DNA of 64,000 nucleotides from Escherichia coli 042 (GTDB lineage Bacteria; Pseudomonadota; Gammaproteobacteria; Enterobacterales; Enterobacteriaceae): NCBI RefSeq assembly GCF_000027125.1, contig NC_017626.1; one strand, 5' to 3'. Shown piece by piece: positions 34,106 to 45,344 of this stretch (position 1 is its first letter; each line of letters starts with the position of its first letter). The notes under the pieces were generated by a model. It saw only the letters and a program-made list of their open reading frames with translations, ran no database searches and was not told where the DNA came from. The position numbers and the translations under genes were made by a program.

Positions 34106-35308
34106 ATGACGCAATACTCCTCTCTCCTTCGTGGTCTTGCAGCGGGTTCTGCATTTTTATTCCTTTTTGCCCCAACGGCATTCGCGGCGGAACAAACCGT
34201 TGAAGCGCCGAGCGTGGATGCGCGTGCATGGATTTTAATGGATTACGCCAGCGGTAAAGTGCTGGCAGAAGGCAATGCGGATGAGAAACTGGATCCCGCG
34301 AGCCTGACTAAAATCATGACCAGCTATGTGGTTGGGCAGGCGCTTAAGGCCGATAAGATTAAACTCACCGATATGGTGACGGTCGGTAAAGATGCCTGGG
34401 CGACGGGAAATCCGGCACTGCGTGGTTCATCGGTAATGTTCCTTAAACCGGGCGATCAGGTTTCGGTGGCAGACCTGAACAAAGGTGTGATTATCCAGTC
34501 CGGTAATGACGCCTGTATTGCGCTGGCCGATTACGTTGCCGGGAGCCAGGAGTCATTTATTGGTCTGATGAATGGTTATGCCAAAAAACTGGGTCTGACC
34601 AACACTACCTTCCAGACGGTGCACGGTCTGGATGCGCCAGGGCAGTTCAGTACCGCGCGCGATATGGCATTGCTGGGTAAAGCATTGATCCACGATGTGC
34701 CGGAAGAGTATGCCATTCATAAAGAGAAAGAGTTCACCTTCAACAAAATTCGTCAGCCTAACCGTAACCGTCTGCTGTGGAGCAGCAATCTGAATGTTGA
34801 TGGCATGAAGACAGGAACCACGGCAGGCGCGGGATATAATCTGGTTGCTTCGGCTACCCAGGGCGATATGCGTTTGATCTCCGTAGTACTGGGTGCGAAA
34901 ACTGACCGTATCCGTTTTAATGAGTCTGAGAAATTATTGACCTGGGGTTTCCGCTTCTTTGAAACCGTGACGCCAATTAAACCTGATGCCACCTTTGTGA
35001 CTCAGCGCGTCTGGTTTGGTGATAAGAGCGAAGTGAATCTCGGGGCAGGTGAAGCGGGCTCAGTGACCATACCGCGTGGGCAGCTGAAAAACCTGAAAGC
35101 GAGTTATACGTTAACGGAACCGCAGCTTACCGCACCGCTGAAAAAAGGTCAGGTTGTCGGGACCATTGATTTCCAGCTTAACGGTAAATCCATTGAGCAG
35201 CGTCCGCTGATCGTGATGGAAAATGTGGAAGAGGGCGGATTCTTTGGTCGGATGTGGGATTTCGTTATGATGAAATTCCATCAGTGGTTCGGCAGCTGGT
35301 TCTCTTAA
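34106..35308 (+). CDS. dacC: D-alanyl-D-alanine carboxypeptidase DacC (PBP6), 400 aa
   Basis: [27 protein letters not shown] signal; SxxK (ASLTKIM), SGN and KTG motifs. Confidence 0.95.
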   Translation: MTQYSSLLRGLAAGSAFLFLFAPTAFAAEQTVEAPSVDARAWILMDYASGKVLAEGNADEKLDPASLTKIMTSYVVGQALKADKIKLTDMVTVGKDAWATGNPALRGSSVMFLKPGDQVSVADLNKGVIIQSGNDACIALADYVAGSQESFIGLMNGYAKKLGLTNTTFQTVHGLDAPGQFSTARDMALLGKALIHDVPEEYAIHKEKEFTFNKIRQPNRNRLLWSSNLNVDGMKTGTTAGAGYNLVASATQGDMRLISVVLGAKTDRIRFNESEKLLTWGFRFFETVTPIKPDATFVTQRVWFGDKSEVNLGAGEAGSVTIPRGQLKNLKASYTLTEPQLTAPLKKGQVVGTIDFQLNGKSIEQRPLIVMENVEEGGFFGRMWDFVMMKFHQWFGSWFS

Positions 35309-35351
35309 TCTTCTGATAACCGGATGGCGCGAAACGTCATCCGGTTATACG

Positions 35352-36113
35352 TCATTGATACATCAACTTAATACGCTGCGTCTGCGCGTACTTCACATAC
35401 TCATCTTCCGGGCAACAATCGCTCACTACAATATCAAATCGTTTCAGGTCACCCATGCGTGCCGGACGCACCTTGCCAAATTTACTGTGGTCGACAACCA
35501 GCACATGCTTTTGCGCCATCGACATGGCCCAGTGTTTTACCGGCAACTCTTCAAGATTAAAACAGGTAGCTCCCTTACTGACATGCACCCCTGCCGCGGA
35601 ATAAAAAGCGATATCCGGGCAAAAATTATTCAGCGTTTGCTGAAAATCGATGGGTTTGAAAATGGCGTTGCTGGCGTGAAATTCACCACCGCAAAGAAAC
35701 GCGCGGCAATGAGGTTTCTCTTTCAGTGCCAGAAAGGTATTTAGCGAATAACAAACGGCGGTAAAGGGGATTTCATTATCAATTGCTTCAATAATCCACG
35801 GCGTGGTGGTGCCACAGTCAAAAAAGAGGGTCTGATCGGGTTCTACCAGCGTCGCAGCCAGTTTTGCCGCCCGGCGTTTTTCTTCCACCAGGCGGGATTT
35901 TTGATCGCTTAACAGGTAATGGCTGGCGCTGCGCGGTTCCAGAACAATATAGCCGCCGAGCAAAACGACGGGCGCACTGTGGTTGTTCAGATCGCGACGA
36001 ATCGTCATCTCCGAAACCCCAAGCAAGGCGGCGGCGTCTTTAAGATGTAACTTATCGCTGCGTTTTAATTCTTGCAGCAGCTGCCCGATACGCTCTTCGC
36101 GACGTGTTTCCAT
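35352..36113 (-). CDS. deoR: Deoxyribose operon repressor DeoR
   Basis: METRREERIGQLLQELKRSDKLHLKDAAALLGVSEMTIRRDLNNHSAPVVLLGGYIVLEP... HTH plus DeoR C-terminal sensor domain. Confidence 0.95.
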   Translation of the reverse strand: METRREERIGQLLQELKRSDKLHLKDAAALLGVSEMTIRRDLNNHSAPVVLLGGYIVLEPRSASHYLLSDQKSRLVEEKRRAAKLAATLVEPDQTLFFDCGTTTPWIIEAIDNEIPFTAVCYSLNTFLALKEKPHCRAFLCGGEFHASNAIFKPIDFQQTLNNFCPDIAFYSAAGVHVSKGATCFNLEELPVKHWAMSMAQKHVLVVDHSKFGKVRPARMGDLKRFDIVVSDCCPEDEYVKYAQTQRIKLMYQ

Positions 36114-36170
36114 AATCCCTCTGAATAGTTATTGAAGCGAGCCGCTCAATACTACACTTTTTAGCAGAGA

Positions 36171-36767
36171 TCAGTCACGCACCCAGCCTTTGCGGATCGG
36201 TAATGCAAAACAGAAGCGATACCACGATTGCAGACGTTGATAGAGTTTATGCCCAAACGCTTGCCAGATAATCTGAGCGCTAAGGCAGCCAATCATACCT
36301 GCCAGCAATCCACCGAGCATATCCAGCGGCCAGTGGACGCCAAGATAAACGCGCGACCAGGCAATGACGACGGCCAGCACCATTAAAAGTGAGCCGGACC
36401 ACAGGCGATGCCAGCATAAAAATGCCAGTGCAAAGGTGAAAATCACCGTACCGTGATCGCTCGGGAATGAGTCATCCGCCGCATGATGCAGGAAGTTATA
36501 GCCGATATTTTCGACAAAGGGTCGGTCGTGCGGAAAAAGATGCCCCATCGTCCAGGACACAAACAGGCTGACCGCCAGCGCGATAGCGATTTTTATCACC
36601 AGTTGCCGTTGTGCTGTAAGCCCCCACAACCAAAGTACTGCGGCCAGCAGCGGCACCACGGTAATCAAATCTTTTGCAATAAAAATCGCCAACGAGATCA
36701 TCCACGGCGCAGAGTCTGGCGTCGCGTTAATAAGAGAGAATAGAGAGAGATTCAAATTTTCCAGCAT
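36171..36767 (-). CDS. ybjG: Undecaprenyl-pyrophosphate phosphatase YbjG (PAP2 family), 198 aa
   Basis: MLENLNLSLFSLINATPDSAPWMISLAIFIAKDLI...; PAP2 motifs (SFPSDHG, SRVYLGVHWPLD). Confidence 0.93.
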   Translation of the reverse strand: MLENLNLSLFSLINATPDSAPWMISLAIFIAKDLITVVPLLAAVLWLWGLTAQRQLVIKIAIALAVSLFVSWTMGHLFPHDRPFVENIGYNFLHHAADDSFPSDHGTVIFTFALAFLCWHRLWSGSLLMVLAVVIAWSRVYLGVHWPLDMLGGLLAGMIGCLSAQIIWQAFGHKLYQRLQSWYRFCFALPIRKGWVRD

Positions 36768-37051
36768 AACTTCCCGACGCAAAGTGATTAAAAGGGAGCC
36801 AATACAGGCAAGTCGTTGAGAATAAAGTGCAGGTTAAACTGGGTAAAGCGGCATCGTCTTATTTCCCTCAAGCGGCCTGTTTACGGTGGGTGATTGTAAC
36901 GGGCATAGGTTAAATAAAACTTAAAGAAAGCGTAGCTATACTCGCAATAATGTAAGAATGTGCTTAACCGTGGTTTCAGCTACAAAATTCGCTTTCTCGT
37001 TAGCTGCGCTTTTATTAAACTTTGCGCGATTATTATTGGCGAAGAAATTGC

Positions 37052-38284
37052 ATGCAAAATAAATTAGCTTCCGGTGCCAGGCTTGGACGTCAGGCGTTAC
37101 TTTTCCCTCTCTGTCTGGTGCTTTACGAATTTTCAACCTATATCGGCAACGATATGATTCAACCCGGTATGTTGGCCGTGGTGGAACAATATCAGGCGGG
37201 CATTGATTGGGTTCCTACTTCGATGACCGCGTATCTGGCGGGCGGGATGTTTTTACAATGGCTCCTGGGGCCGCTGTCGGATCGTATTGGTCGCCGTCCG
37301 GTGATGCTGGCGGGAGTGGTGTGGTTTATCGTCACCTGTCTGGCAATATTACTGGCGCAAAACATTGAACAATTCACCCTGTTGCGCTTCTTGCAGGGCA
37401 TAAGCCTCTGTTTCATTGGCGCTGTGGGATACGCCGCAATTCAGGAATCCTTCGAAGAGGCGGTTTGTATCAAGATCACCGCGCTGATGGCGAACGTGGC
37501 GCTGATTGCTCCGCTACTTGGTCCGCTGGTGGGCGCGGCGTGGATCCATGTGCTGCCCTGGGAAGGGATGTTCGTCTTGTTTGCCGCATTGGCAGCGATC
37601 TCCTTTTTCGGTCTGCAACGAGCCATGCCTGAAACCGCCACGCGTATAGGCGAGAAACTGTCGCTGAAAGAACTCGGTCGTGACTATAAGCTGGTGCTGA
37701 AGAACGGCCGCTTTGTGGCGGGGGCGCTGGCGCTGGGATTCGTTAGTCTGCCGTTGCTGGCGTGGATCGCCCAGTCGCCGATTATCATCATTACCGGTGA
37801 GCAGTTGAGCAGCTATGAATATGGCTTGCTGCAAGTGCCTATTTTCGGGGCGTTAATTGCGGGTAACTTGCTGTTAGCGCGTCTGACCTCGCGTCGCACC
37901 GTACGTTCGCTGATTATTATGGGCGGCTGGCCGATTATGATTGGTTTGTTGGTCGCTGCTGCGGCAACGGTTATCTCATCGCACGCGTATTTATGGATGA
38001 CCGTCGGGTTAAGTATTTATGCTTTCGGCATTGGTCTGGCGAATGCGGGACTGGTGCGATTAACTCTGTTTGCCAGCGATATGAGTAAAGGTACGGTTTC
38101 TGCGGCGATGGGGATGCTGCAAATGCTGATCTTTACCGTCGGTATTGAAATCAGCAAACATGCCTGGCTGAACGGGGGCAACGGACTGTTTAATCTCTTC
38201 AACCTTGTCAACGGAATTTTGTGGTTGTCGCTGATGGTTATCTTTTTAAAAGATAAACAGATGGGAAATTCGCACGAAGGGTAA
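37052..38284 (+). CDS. mdfA: Multidrug efflux MFS transporter MdfA (Cmr), 410 aa
   Basis: [50 protein letters not shown]... matches remembered MdfA. Confidence 0.95.
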   Translation: MQNKLASGARLGRQALLFPLCLVLYEFSTYIGNDMIQPGMLAVVEQYQAGIDWVPTSMTAYLAGGMFLQWLLGPLSDRIGRRPVMLAGVVWFIVTCLAILLAQNIEQFTLLRFLQGISLCFIGAVGYAAIQESFEEAVCIKITALMANVALIAPLLGPLVGAAWIHVLPWEGMFVLFAALAAISFFGLQRAMPETATRIGEKLSLKELGRDYKLVLKNGRFVAGALALGFVSLPLLAWIAQSPIIIITGEQLSSYEYGLLQVPIFGALIAGNLLLARLTSRRTVRSLIIMGGWPIMIGLLVAAAATVISSHAYLWMTVGLSIYAFGIGLANAGLVRLTLFASDMSKGTVSAAMGMLQMLIFTVGIEISKHAWLNGGNGLFNLFNLVNGILWLSLMVIFLKDKQMGNSHEG

Positions 38285-38323
38285 AAAATGCCTGATTGCT
38301 TTGTGCGATCAGGCATTCTCGAA

Positions 38324-38608
38324 TTAATGGTGATGGTCGTCAATCTGGTGTTCGATAACCATCCCTTCACCTACGCTGGCAAGATGGCGAACATAAGGAT
38401 GCGGGCGGTAAGCCGGAGCTGGCGCAGGAGCCACATAGACGGTTTGCGGCACAGTCGCGACGCTGACCGCTTGTGGAACGCTGACTGAATCAGGAACCAC
38501 AACCACTTTGTATCCACTCGGCACATCGACGGTGACACTTTGCGCCATCGCCACACCAGTAAAGCCCATTAAAAGCGCGCCCAACAGTAGACAATTTTTC
38601 ATAATCAT
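38324..38608 (-). CDS. ybjH: Small secreted protein YbjH (94 aa)
   Basis: Signal peptide MIMKNCLLLGALLMGFTGVAMA; Pro/Val-rich, C-terminal DDHHH. Confidence 0.85.
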   Translation of the reverse strand: MIMKNCLLLGALLMGFTGVAMAQSVTVDVPSGYKVVVVPDSVSVPQAVSVATVPQTVYVAPAPAPAYRPHPYVRHLASVGEGMVIEHQIDDHHH

Positions 38609-38693
38609 TTCGCCTGAAATAATGCAGCGGGTTAATTTCCGCGAATTATGCAGCCTTCATTCAGGCATTGTGTTGCCGGGCGTGCTGCCGTTT

Positions 38694-39509
38694 TTATTGG
38701 TTAAATGGCGCTTCGTGTTTAAGAACTTTATCGATCACATCCAGTACGCCTTCACGGTTATTGGAGCCTGCCCGGTATTTTGCCGCTGCGACGACCGCGC
38801 TGCCGGCATTTTCCATTGCAAAACTAAAGCCTGCCTGACGCAGCATCTCAATATCGTTACCGCCATCGCCAAAGACCACCACTTCGCTGTCGTCTATTCC
38901 CCATAATTTCTGCAGTTGGCGAAGGCCATTGGCTTTATGTACGCCGGGGATAATCAGATCGATGCTGCCGTTGCCGGTGTGGACCGGCACCATAATATCG
39001 CCGATGGCCTCATGTAATGCTTTTTGTACTTGTGGAATCAGTTCATCGGAAAGATTCAGACCAAACTTAAAGAAGATATCTTCTAAGATGTCAAAGTTAT
39101 CGACGTATTCCAGACGGTGATAATACATTTCCGCCACCGTTTTCATGGCATCGTCATATTTTTTGAGTGTATAGGCGCTATTTTTTCCGCAGGCAATAAT
39201 TTCCACTTCCGGGCGCGTCAGCAAATGTTCCACGACAGTAGCAAACGCATCCTTCGACAGCTCGCCATTAAAAACATCTTTGCCTTCGCTCACTACCCAG
39301 CCGCCGTTTTCAGCCACAAAGGCAATTTCATTAGCAATTTCAGGGAAGAAAGAGATCAACTGATAATATTGATTCCCGCTGGCGACCACAAAGCGAATGC
39401 CTTGTGCTTTCATTTGCTGATACTGAGCCATAAACCGCTCACGGTTATAGGTTTTTTGATCGCTTAAGAAAGTACCATCCATGTCTACCGCAATTAATTT
39501 AATGCTCAT
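38694..39509 (-). CDS. ybjI: HAD-superfamily (Cof-type) phosphatase YbjI, 271 aa
   Basis: [17 protein letters not shown]...GDGGND; paralogue of ybiV in this window. Confidence 0.92.
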   Translation of the reverse strand: MSIKLIAVDMDGTFLSDQKTYNRERFMAQYQQMKAQGIRFVVASGNQYYQLISFFPEIANEIAFVAENGGWVVSEGKDVFNGELSKDAFATVVEHLLTRPEVEIIACGKNSAYTLKKYDDAMKTVAEMYYHRLEYVDNFDILEDIFFKFGLNLSDELIPQVQKALHEAIGDIMVPVHTGNGSIDLIIPGVHKANGLRQLQKLWGIDDSEVVVFGDGGNDIEMLRQAGFSFAMENAGSAVVAAAKYRAGSNNREGVLDVIDKVLKHEAPFNQ

Positions 39510-40717
39510 CAACTATTCTCCATCGCCGTCTGCGTTTTGGTATCGGGTTTGGCGACGGCTTTCGCGACAATAGCCGCGAGAATAACCAGCGCCAGTACAA
39601 CCAGCATTGCACTACGTAATCCATAATGTTCGCCGAGATAGCCCAGCAGCGGCGGCCCGACGAGGAAAGCCAGATAACCGGTCGTTGCTACCACGCTGAC
39701 GCGGGTCGGTGCATCGGGGCCGGTATCGCTGGCGGCAGAAATGGTCAGAGGGAAGCCCAGCGAGGCACCTAGTCCCCAAAGTACAACAGACACTCCTGCG
39801 ACCCAGGCGCTATCGACAAAAATAATCAGCCCAATACCCAACGCCCCCATTAGCGCACTGGCCCGAACCACGGCAACGCGACTGTAACGGTCGATGAACC
39901 AACCGCCAGTGAAGCGTCCAACGGTCATCCCCAGGGTAAAACCGGCATAAATCAGCGAGCCGGAAGTGGGGCTAAAACCGTGACCGTCAACCATTAATAA
40001 GGGTAACCAGTCGTTGGCAGAACCTTCGGCAAAGGCCATCGCCAGCACCACAACACCAATCAGCAGCAACTGGATATCGCGATAAAAAGGTACGCCTTTT
40101 TCGCCATGCTGGGTGCCATCGGCAGCATTTTTGCCCGTACCGTCAGGGATTGCCTGAATGGCGATATAAATAGGCGCGATACCTACCAGCGCCGCCAATA
40201 AAATGTGCACCGTTGCCGGAACGCCAAAGGCCGTCAGTGCCATCCCGACACCAGCGCCTGCCAGCGTGCCCAGGCTATAAAAACCGTGCATCATCGGCAA
40301 AACCGTCTTATTCATTTCTCGCTCAACGGCAGCACCTTCAACGTTTATCGCCACTTCCGCAGAACCAAAACTTGCCCCAAAGACGCCGAGACCAACGGCA
40401 AAGAGCAGGGGCGATGTCAGCCAGAGTGCCAGACTTAGTATCATCATCCCGATCAATGCGCAGGACATCGTGACCAGGATGACATTACGCGTCCCAAAGC
40501 GTTTCACTAACCACGCCGAGCAGAGAATACCGCTCATTGAACCGATCGACAGACCAAAGAGGACTCCGCCCATTTCAGCGATCGAAACAGAAAGAATATC
40601 GCGGATAGCAGGCGTACGGGTTGCCCAGGACGCCATTAACAGGCCCGGCAAAAAGAAGAACATAAACAGCGCCCAGGTTCGGCGTTTCAATGCATTACGT
40701 GAAGAATTTACGGTCAT
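39509..40717 (-). CDS. ybjJ: Putative MFS transporter YbjJ (402 aa)
   Basis: 12-TM-like hydrophobic profile; stop overlaps the ybjI start. Confidence 0.88.
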
Positions 40718-40800
40718 AGATCACGTCAAAATAAGAAGAGGGAAGACAACATTAGCAAGGTTGTGTACATTTGTACACAATTGCAGAGAGAGGAAATGAC

Positions 40801-41337
40801 ATGCGTCGCGCTAACGATCCGCAACGGCGAGAAAAAATTATCCAGGCCACGCTGGAGGCGGTGAAACTTTATGGAATACATGCTGTTACGCACCGCAAAA
40901 TTGCTACCCTTGCCGGGGTACCGTTGGGGTCGATGACCTACTATTTTTCAGGAATTGATGAGTTGTTGCTGGAGGCGTTCAGCAGTTTTACTGAGATCAT
41001 GTCCCGGCAATATCAGGCATTTTTTAGCGATGTTAGTGATGCTCCGGGCGCATGCCAGGCTATCACCAATATGATTTACAGCTCACAGGTTGCAACGCCG
41101 GATAACATGGAGCTGATGTACCAGCTCTACGCGCTGGCTAGCCGAAAACCGCTATTAAAAACGGTAATGCAAAACTGGATGCAGCGCAGTCAGCAAACGC
41201 TCGAACAATGGTTTGAACCCGGAACCGCTCGCGCGCTTGATGCGTTTATTGAGGGGATGACGCTGCATTTTGTCACCGACCGTAAGCCGCTATCACGCGA
41301 GGAGATTTTGAGGATGGTTGAGAGGGTTGCAGGGTAG
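40801..41337 (+). CDS. rcdA: TetR-family transcriptional regulator RcdA (YbjK), 178 aa
   Basis: [49 protein letters not shown]... TetR HTH. Confidence 0.92.
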   Translation: MRRANDPQRREKIIQATLEAVKLYGIHAVTHRKIATLAGVPLGSMTYYFSGIDELLLEAFSSFTEIMSRQYQAFFSDVSDAPGACQAITNMIYSSQVATPDNMELMYQLYALASRKPLLKTVMQNWMQRSQQTLEQWFEPGTARALDAFIEGMTLHFVTDRKPLSREEILRMVERVAG

Positions 41338-41353
41338 TAGATAAATTTCAGGC

Positions 41354-41435
41354 AACAAAAAACCCATCAACCTTGAACCGAAATGGCGGGGTTGATGGGC
41401 TCCACAAAATGGGGACATCAAAGAAAAGCAGTGGC
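41354..41435 (-). ncRNA. rybB: sigmaE-dependent small RNA RybB
   Basis: Reverse complement reads GCCACTGCTTTTCTTTGATGTCCCCATTTTGTGGAGCCCATCAACCCCGCCATTTCGGTTCAAGGTTGATGGGTTTTTTGTT, the remembered RybB sequence with its terminator hairpin and U-tail. Confidence 0.9.
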
Positions 41436-41441
41436 ACTAAT

Positions 41442-41469
41442 TAAGACTGATGCCCTGCGGAAAAGTTCT
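41442..41469 (-). promoter_or_regulatory. sigmaE-type promoter of rybB (-35 GAACTT, 16 nt, -10 TCTTA)
   Basis: Minus-strand read AGAACTT-N16-GTCTTA immediately upstream of the RybB 5' end. Confidence 0.6.
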
Positions 41470-41511
41470 GCGGTTGTGCAAAAAAATTTCATTTTCAGGG
41501 CAACTTCAGTT

Positions 41512-43197
41512 TTATCCTAATCCTGGCCATACCATGACGATGATTGTCCCTGCCAGCGTCAGCAGGACGTTGGCGATTGCGTAGGTGCCCGCATAGCCCA
41601 GCGCCGGGATGTTACTGCGAGCTGTATCACTGATGATCTCCATTGCCGGCGCGCAGGTGCGTGCGCCCATCATTGCGCCGAACAACAGTGCGCGGTTCAT
41701 TCGCAATACATAAGCACCGAACAAGAAACAGATAACCACGGGCACCAGACTGACAATCAATCCGGCAATCAACATTTGACCGCCAATTGCGCCCAGGCCG
41801 TTATTAATACCGCTACCGGCGCTCAGACCAACGCCTGCCATAAACACCATCAAGCCGAACTCCTTCACCATGCTTAATGCACCCTGCGGAATGTAACCGA
41901 AGGTCGGGTGGTTCGCGCGCATAAAGCCCAGCATGATTCCGGCGAATAACAACCCGGCAGCGTTCCCCATGCCGAAACTGAATGTGCTGAACTGGAAGGT
42001 GATCATCCCGATCATCAGCCCAATAACAAAGAAGGCGCAGAATGCCAGCAAGTCAGTGACCTGGCTGTGAATCGAGATAAAGCCGATGCGATCGGCGATG
42101 GTTTTTACGCGACGGGCATCGCCGCTGACTTGTAAAACGTCACCTTTGTTAAGCACGACGTTGTCATCAATCGGCATCTCAATCTGGCTACGAATGACGC
42201 GGTTAAGGAAGCAACCGTGATCGGTCAACTTCAGTTGTGCCAAGCGTTTGCCAACAGCGTTATGGTTTTTAACGACCACTTCTTCAGTGACGATACGCAT
42301 GTCGAGAAGGTCACGATCGAAAACTTCTTTGCCATTACGGAAACTGGGATCGAGTCGGGCGTGGGCGTCAGGATAGCCTACCAACGCTATTTCATCGCCC
42401 ATTTGTAGTACGGCATCACCGTCTGGATTTGCCAGAATCCCGTTACGCCGAATACGTTCAATGTAACAGCCAGTTTGTCGATAAATACCCAGTTCACGCA
42501 GATTTTTGCCGTCGGTCCAGGCCACCAGCTCCGGGCCGACGCGGTAGGCCCGGATCACCGGTAAATAAACCTTACGGTTGGCATCAGTGTCCAGGCCACG
42601 TTCGCGGGCGATTTGCTGGGCGCTGGTCTGTAAGTCCTGATGCTGCAATTTCGGCAAGTAACGCGCACCAACAATCAAACTCACCAGACCGATTAAATAG
42701 GTTAAGGCATACCCGAGGCTCAGATTATCCAGTGCCAGTGAGAGCTGCCTGCTTTCCATGCCGGAATGACGCAGTGTATCGCCAGCACCGACCAGAACCG
42801 GTGTTGACGTCATAGAGCCTGCTAACATACCGGCCGTCAGGCCAATATCCCAGCCAAACAGCTTACCTAACCCTAAGGCGATCACCAGCGCACTGCCAAC
42901 CATCACCAGTGCTAACATTAGGTAATTTTTCCCATCGCGAAAAAAAATGGAAAAAAAGTTCGGTCCGGCTTCGACCCCGACGCAGAAAATAAACAGCATA
43001 AAGCCAAGATTAAGCGCGTCGGTGTTAATGCTGAAATGTTGTTGGCCTAATAACAGCGATACGACTAAAACGCCAATGGAATTACCCAGTTGGATCGAAC
43101 CAAGTCGTAACTTTCCGAGACATAGCCCAAGCGCGAGGACCACAAATAATAACAGAATGTAATTCCCATTTAACAATTCGGCGACGTTTATATTCAC
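41512..43197 (-). CDS. ybjL: Putative transport protein YbjL (AAE-type permease with two central RCK_C/TrkA-C domains), 561 aa
   Basis: [33 protein letters not shown]...; K-12 position. Confidence 0.9.
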
Positions 43198-43466
43198 GGA
43201 GGCTAACTTCTTGTTTACTAGTAAGCTGTTGAAAGAAATGGTAATTTACGATAATGTTTTTTACCAGAATTCAGGGCGCAGATTCATTCAGCGCACCTAA
43301 ACGATAGTAAAGTAACAATATATTTTACTAGTGTAATCACATTAGGTATCAACGGCTATATGAATTGCGTTGGCCTATATTAGCATGGAATGCGAAGCGG
43401 CTTTATCTTACTGAACGCCACACTGGCGAAAAATGTGTTCGATAGACGCAGTGTCAGGAGGAACGA

Positions 43467-43844
43467 GTGAAACATAAACAACGTTGGGCGGGGGCAATCT
43501 GCTGTTTTGTCCTCTTCATTGTGGTGTGCCTTTTTCTGGCAACGCACATGAAAGGCGCTTTTCGGGCTGCCGGGCATCCTGAAATCGGCTTGCTGTTTTT
43601 CATTCTTCCTGGAGCAGTTGCCAGCTTTTTTTCACAGCGTAGAGAAGTCCTGAAACCTCTGTTTGGCGCAATGCTGGCGGCACCCTGTTCAATGCTTATT
43701 ATGCGGCTGTTTTTTTCACCGACGCGCTCATTCTGGCAAGAGCTGGCATGGTTATTAAGTGCGGTGTTCTGGTGTGCGCTGGGGGCACTGTGTTTCTTAT
43801 TTATCAGTAGTTTGTTTAAACCACAGCACAGAAAAAATCAGTAA
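43467..43844 (+). CDS. ybjM: Inner membrane protein YbjM (125 aa)
   Basis: Hydrophobic 4-TM-like small protein; K-12 order ybjL-ybjM-grxA. Confidence 0.85.
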   Translation: MKHKQRWAGAICCFVLFIVVCLFLATHMKGAFRAAGHPEIGLLFFILPGAVASFFSQRREVLKPLFGAMLAAPCSMLIMRLFFSPTRSFWQELAWLLSAVFWCALGALCFLFISSLFKPQHRKNQ

Positions 43845-43873
43845 AGCCCTCAACGTGAGGGCTTGTCAGACGA

Positions 43874-44131
43874 TCAGGCGTCCAGATTCTCTTTCACCCA
43901 TGCAGCAAAATCGGTATAGCCGCCGATATGTTGCTGATCGACAAAAATCTGCGGCACGGTTTCTACGGGTTTACCTGCCTTTTGTTGTAGATCTTCTTTA
44001 GTGATCCCTTCCGCACGAATATCAACATACTGATACTGAAAATCATCGCGTTCATTGCTCAATTTCTCAGCCAGATCTTTTGCACGCACACAGTAAGGGC
44101 AACCCGGACGACCAAAAATAACGGTTTGCAT
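43874..44131 (-). CDS. grxA: Glutaredoxin 1 (85 aa)
   Basis: MQTVIFGRPGCPYCVRAKDLAEKL... CPYC active site. Confidence 0.95.
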   Translation of the reverse strand: MQTVIFGRPGCPYCVRAKDLAEKLSNERDDFQYQYVDIRAEGITKEDLQQKAGKPVETVPQIFVDQQHIGGYTDFAAWVKENLDA

Positions 44132-44290
44132 TATTTCTCTCCTCATAGATTTATGCCTGTAATGATCACGCTAAAATGTATTCGCTGAAAGTAGGTTTAA
44201 CCTGTTGCATTAATTGCTAAAAGCTATAACTGTTAAACACAATACAGTGAAAAGTTTTAGACTGAAGGCTCACTTTGCAGAGGGAAGCGT

Positions 44291-44578
44291 ATGCGCGCGA
44301 TCGGTAAATTGCCTAAAAGCGTGTTGATACTGGAATTTATCGGAATGATGTTGCTGGCGGTGGCGCTGCTGTCGGTAAGCGGCTCCCTGTCGCTGCCTGA
44401 GCCATTTTCTCGGCCAGAAGTGCAGATTCTGATGATTTTTCTCGGTGTTTTGCTCATGCTTCCCGCTGCGGTGGTGGTTATTCTTCAGGTGGCAAAACGT
44501 CTTGCCCCACAGCTGATGAACCGTCCACCGCAATATTCACGTTCAGAAAGAGAAAAAGATAATGACGCCAACCATTGA
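44291..44578 (+). CDS. ybjC: DUF1418-family small membrane protein YbjC (95 aa)
   Basis: K-12 ybjC-nfsA operon position; 3' end overlaps the nfsA start by 17 nt. Confidence 0.85.
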   Translation: MRAIGKLPKSVLILEFIGMMLLAVALLSVSGSLSLPEPFSRPEVQILMIFLGVLLMLPAAVVVILQVAKRLAPQLMNRPPQYSRSEREKDNDANH

Positions 44579-45284
44579 ACTTATTTGTGGCCATCGCTCC
44601 ATTCGCCATTTCACTGATGAACCCATTTCCGAAGCGCAGCGTGAGGCGATTATTAACAGCGCCCGTGCGACGTCCAGTTCCAGTTTTTTGCAGTGCAGTA
44701 GCATTATTCGCATTACCGACAAAGCGTTACGTGAAGAACTGGTGACGCTGACCGGTGGGCAAAAACACGTAGCGCAAGCGGCGGAGTTCTGGGTGTTCTG
44801 TGCCGACTTTAACCGCCATTTACAGATCTGTCCGGATGCACAACTTGGCCTGGCGGAGCAACTGTTGCTCGGTGTCGTTGATACAGCAATGATGGCGCAG
44901 AATGCGTTAACCGCAGCGGAATCGCTGGGATTGGGCGGGGTATATATCGGCGGCCTGCGCAATAATATTGAAGCGGTGACGGAACTGCTGAAATTACCGC
45001 AGCATGTTCTGCCGCTGTTTGGGCTGTGCCTTGGCTGGCCTGCGGATAATCCGGATCTTAAGCCGCGTTTACCGGCTTCCATTTTGGTGCATGAAAACAG
45101 CTATCAACCGCTGGATAAAGACGCACTGGCGCAGTATGACGAACAACTGGCGGAATATTACCTCACCCGTGGCAGCAATAATCGCCGGGATACCTGGAGC
45201 GATCATATCCGCCGAACAATCATTAAAGAAAGCCGCCCATTTATACTGGATTATTTGCACAAACAGGGTTGGGCGACGCGCTAA
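44562..45284 (+). CDS. nfsA: Oxygen-insensitive NADPH nitroreductase NfsA (240 aa)
   Basis: MTPTIELICGHRSIRHFTDEPISEAQREAIINSARATSSSSFLQCSSIIRITDKALREEL... matches remembered NfsA. Confidence 0.95.
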   Translation: MTPTIELICGHRSIRHFTDEPISEAQREAIINSARATSSSSFLQCSSIIRITDKALREELVTLTGGQKHVAQAAEFWVFCADFNRHLQICPDAQLGLAEQLLLGVVDTAMMAQNALTAAESLGLGGVYIGGLRNNIEAVTELLKLPQHVLPLFGLCLGWPADNPDLKPRLPASILVHENSYQPLDKDALAQYDEQLAEYYLTRGSNNRRDTWSDHIRRTIIKESRPFILDYLHKQGWATR

Positions 45285-45344
45285 AACCGCCACGCCGATG
45301 TATGATACGCGGGCTTTTGACCAGGTCTGACAGAGAGGTGCAGG

